From Christensenellaceae bacterium Phil7 (lineage in GTDB: Bacteria > Bacillota > Clostridia > Christensenellales > CAG-138): 64,000 nucleotides of DNA. The position numbers and the translations under genes are program-made. Below are positions 62,157 to 64,000 of this stretch, in pieces; the first letter of the stretch is position 1; each line of letters opens with the position of its first letter. The stretch is from contig MSGV01000001.1 of assembly GCA_001940845.1 (NCBI GenBank), forward strand, positions 25,975 through 89,974, written 5' to 3'. The notes under the pieces were generated by a model. That model was not told the origin of the DNA and did not search any database. It saw only the letters and a program-made list of their open reading frames with translations.

Positions 62157-63021
62157 ATGCTACTTCTTGCGTTTCCGATTGTCCTTTCTTAGCAAGCCAT
62201 TCCCGGAACTCTTGCTAACCTTACTCACTTTCATAGTGGCAGGAGGCAGCGGGCCATCGTCTCAATAGCGTGCTGTGGAATGTCCGAATTGTTGATAGGC
62301 TTCTTTCTGCGACCCAAGTTTTCTTTCCCTTCCGGTTCAATGGAATTTTGAGAGCAACAAAAGAGGTTTCGGATTTGGTTTGCAGATATCCCTTCTCTGT
62401 GAAAACGAAATGCAGATACACGAGGTAATGCCTTCTCTGTGTCTGCATCATAGTTTAATTGATTGAATTATAGCAGCGTGCGATAGCTGTGTCAAGCGAA
62501 CTGAGCGGAGGGATTCACGCATTTTGAAAGCCGTTTTAGATGCCCTGAGGGATAATACGGGAGCCTTCAGAATGAGGGTAAAAAGGCACATTTCGTGGCA
62601 ATAACTTATTCCTCTCTAAACGCGTGACTCGGCGTACACAGGTGTAATCATTTCGATCATCATTATCTGCATTCAGGAAGATAATCCTCAGCTATTTGCA
62701 AGGCTTTTCAGGCTTGGATATTGCGCTTATATTCGGATGCTTAAAATGGGGTTCTAAATGCGGAGGATAAAAATGCGCGTTTACAACAAACCCAGGCAAA
62801 AATATCGGCCATAAAATGCTGTATTTGTAGGTAGAATCTTGCGATTCATCTGACTGAGTACATAAGCGATTTGATCGCGTAGCCGAAGAATTTACCCTGC
62901 GTTTTTCTGGGATTGAGGCAACGCCTCAACAAGTGGAAACCCTCCAAGCCGTCGAGGTAAATTTGGCGGGCTTTGTACGTGTGTATATACGCACGCATTG
63001 CTTGCCAATAGTGAATTAAGG

Positions 63022-64000
63022 TTAAACGCCAAAGTGATCCTCTGCAATTTTATCGAGCTGCGCTTTAATTCCCGAAAATGGCAAATTCAAATCCAATGTC
63101 TTTACGCTGATTCGATTTCTACCCATAGAAAATACACAGTCCGGCGTAATACTCTCCTGGGTTTTCGCATAAAGCAGCATACCGGATACGTTACCCGTAT
63201 TTTCACTGTCATGGTTTTTTACATAGGTGAAAATCTGATAGAGATTATTGGAGTGCAAGGTATAGCTATCGTATTGCTTATGTAAGGTTTTACTATAATA
63301 CTTTGTGTCGATAATTAACGTCTTTTTCTTATACCGCAAGAAAATGTCAGTCTGCATGATTGGAAGGAATCGAATCATTGCGTCATCTACGTTACCATCC
63401 AGATCCCATTTCACTTGAGCAGACTTGGCATCATCCAGATATGTATGATGCTGTCTATAATACTCCAGGACAAAGCGTTCATACAGCCATGCCATATGTT
63501 CATCCGAAAACGCAGCCATTTTGTAACTTCCTTGCTGTGTTGTTTGCAGCATTCCATCCAAAACAAAGTAGCAGATATTGATTAGCATTTCGTAATTTCG
63601 ATTACTCCGCTGATAGTGCAATGTGTTCCAGTGGATCGATGAAGGGTCGAGCGTGTTCACCTCTGAAAAGAAAAGCATATTTTGACGCAATGCTGCCGTA
63701 TGCTCTTTTTTTACGGACGGTTCTTTTATTAGAACCATCGCCGTGGTTTTCAGAATCTGGTTGAAAATATTATTGACTGACAGCTCATCAAATTCGCACG
63801 CCAAGAGCCGCTTGTGCTGAATCTGATTTTGAATTGTGTGACCAATATCCAGCTTACCGCGAAGCAAAGAAAGGTTTTCATTCTTCGTGACATACTCCCG
63901 GTGCAAGCCCTGTTTAATCTGCTGAGAAATACCCTTGGAAATAATTGCCGCAAACAGATCCTGCACTTGCTCAAACTCTTCAGAAGCGATTTCTTCATAG
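63022..64000 (-). CDS. mcrC: McrC-like subunit of a McrBC-type methyl-dependent restriction system, 5'-partial
   Basis: ...LYERFVLEYYRQH...PIMQTDIFL...KTLIIDTKYY..., a PD-(D/E)xK-like D...DTK motif. The frame stays open upstream of the track's GTG 63966 to the window edge. Confidence 0.75.
   Translation of the reverse strand, partial: YEEIASEEFEQVQDLFAAIISKGISQQIKQGLHREYVTKNENLSLLRGKLDIGHTIQNQIQHKRLLACEFDELSVNNIFNQILKTTAMVLIKEPSVKKEHTAALRQNMLFFSEVNTLDPSSIHWNTLHYQRSNRNYEMLINICYFVLDGMLQTTQQGSYKMAAFSDEHMAWLYERFVLEYYRQHHTYLDDAKSAQVKWDLDGNVDDAMIRFLPIMQTDIFLRYKKKTLIIDTKYYSKTLHKQYDSYTLHSNNLYQIFTYVKNHDSENTGNVSGMLLYAKTQESITPDCVFSMGRNRISVKTLDLNLPFSGIKAQLDKIAEDHFGV

Noticed and set aside
62160-63020. 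~860-nt ORF-poor AT-rich stretch, including the 76-aa ORF 62221-62451
   Set aside because: No motif, SD or structured-RNA signature was recognised. It is probably degraded gene remnants. I could not support a transposase, integrase or ncRNA call.
1-64000. Search for CRISPR arrays, tRNA/rRNA genes, reverse transcriptase/DGR elements near the tail fibres, and IS elements
   Set aside because: None was recognisable by eye. The only repeat families found are those reported above. A tRNAscan, Infernal or CRISPR-finder run would be needed to exclude small RNAs formally.

Overview
The window has three blocks that differ in composition and function. GC differences were judged by eye, not computed.

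(1) nt 1-12,000 is an accessory, defence-type island, with every gene on the minus strand. It holds:
- a giant ORF of more than 2,186 aa. It is absent from the supplied ORF track because it runs off the left edge. It has a wHTH-like N-terminus, a very long all-alpha region, an Ig-like beta domain and then a P-loop NTPase;
- an Eco29kI-like GIY-YIG nuclease plus C5-methyltransferase type II R-M pair with an XRE-type controller;
- a three-gene ABC-3C-like module: a CTD-type protein, a small wHTH middle component, and a coiled-coil ABC ATPase with a CxxC hook.

(2) nt ~12,200-57,450 is a ~45-kb siphovirus-type prophage on the plus strand.
- Early and replication genes: sigma-like regulator, DUF2800 nuclease, DUF2815 SSB-like protein, PolA, VirE-type primase, VRR-NUC, SNF2 helicase.
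- Late genes: ArpU-like late regulator, HNH, TerS and TerL, HK97-type portal, ClpP-like protease and capsid. The tail genes include a G/GT -1 frameshift and a tape measure interrupted by an in-frame TAA, followed by Dit, Tal and fibres, then holin and amidase.
- Integration: two tandem large serine recombinases at the right end.
- terS and terL are separated by ~9.4 kb of cargo: SAM synthetase, a ParB-fused N6/N4 methylase, a 680-aa C5 methylase with many TRD-like modules, an amidoligase/gamma-glutamylcyclotransferase cassette, and an AT-rich HxlR/PNPOx moron.
- A PIN/Phd toxin-antitoxin pair and a PAPS-reductase-like gene are further morons.

(3) nt 57,450-64,000 starts with host-like flavin genes (Rrf2 regulator, PNPOx-like proteins, FMN riboswitch plus RibU). 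Next comes a macrodomain/SirTM-like pair. It ends in an AT-rich segment with TGAACCCC repeats, a stop-interrupted small ORF and a 5'-partial McrC.

No rRNA, tRNA or CRISPR array was recognised by eye. All calls come from reading the sequence and hand translation; no database search or computation was possible. The host is probably a high-GC Clostridia-type Firmicute, inferred from gene content and strong GGAGG Shine-Dalgarno usage.
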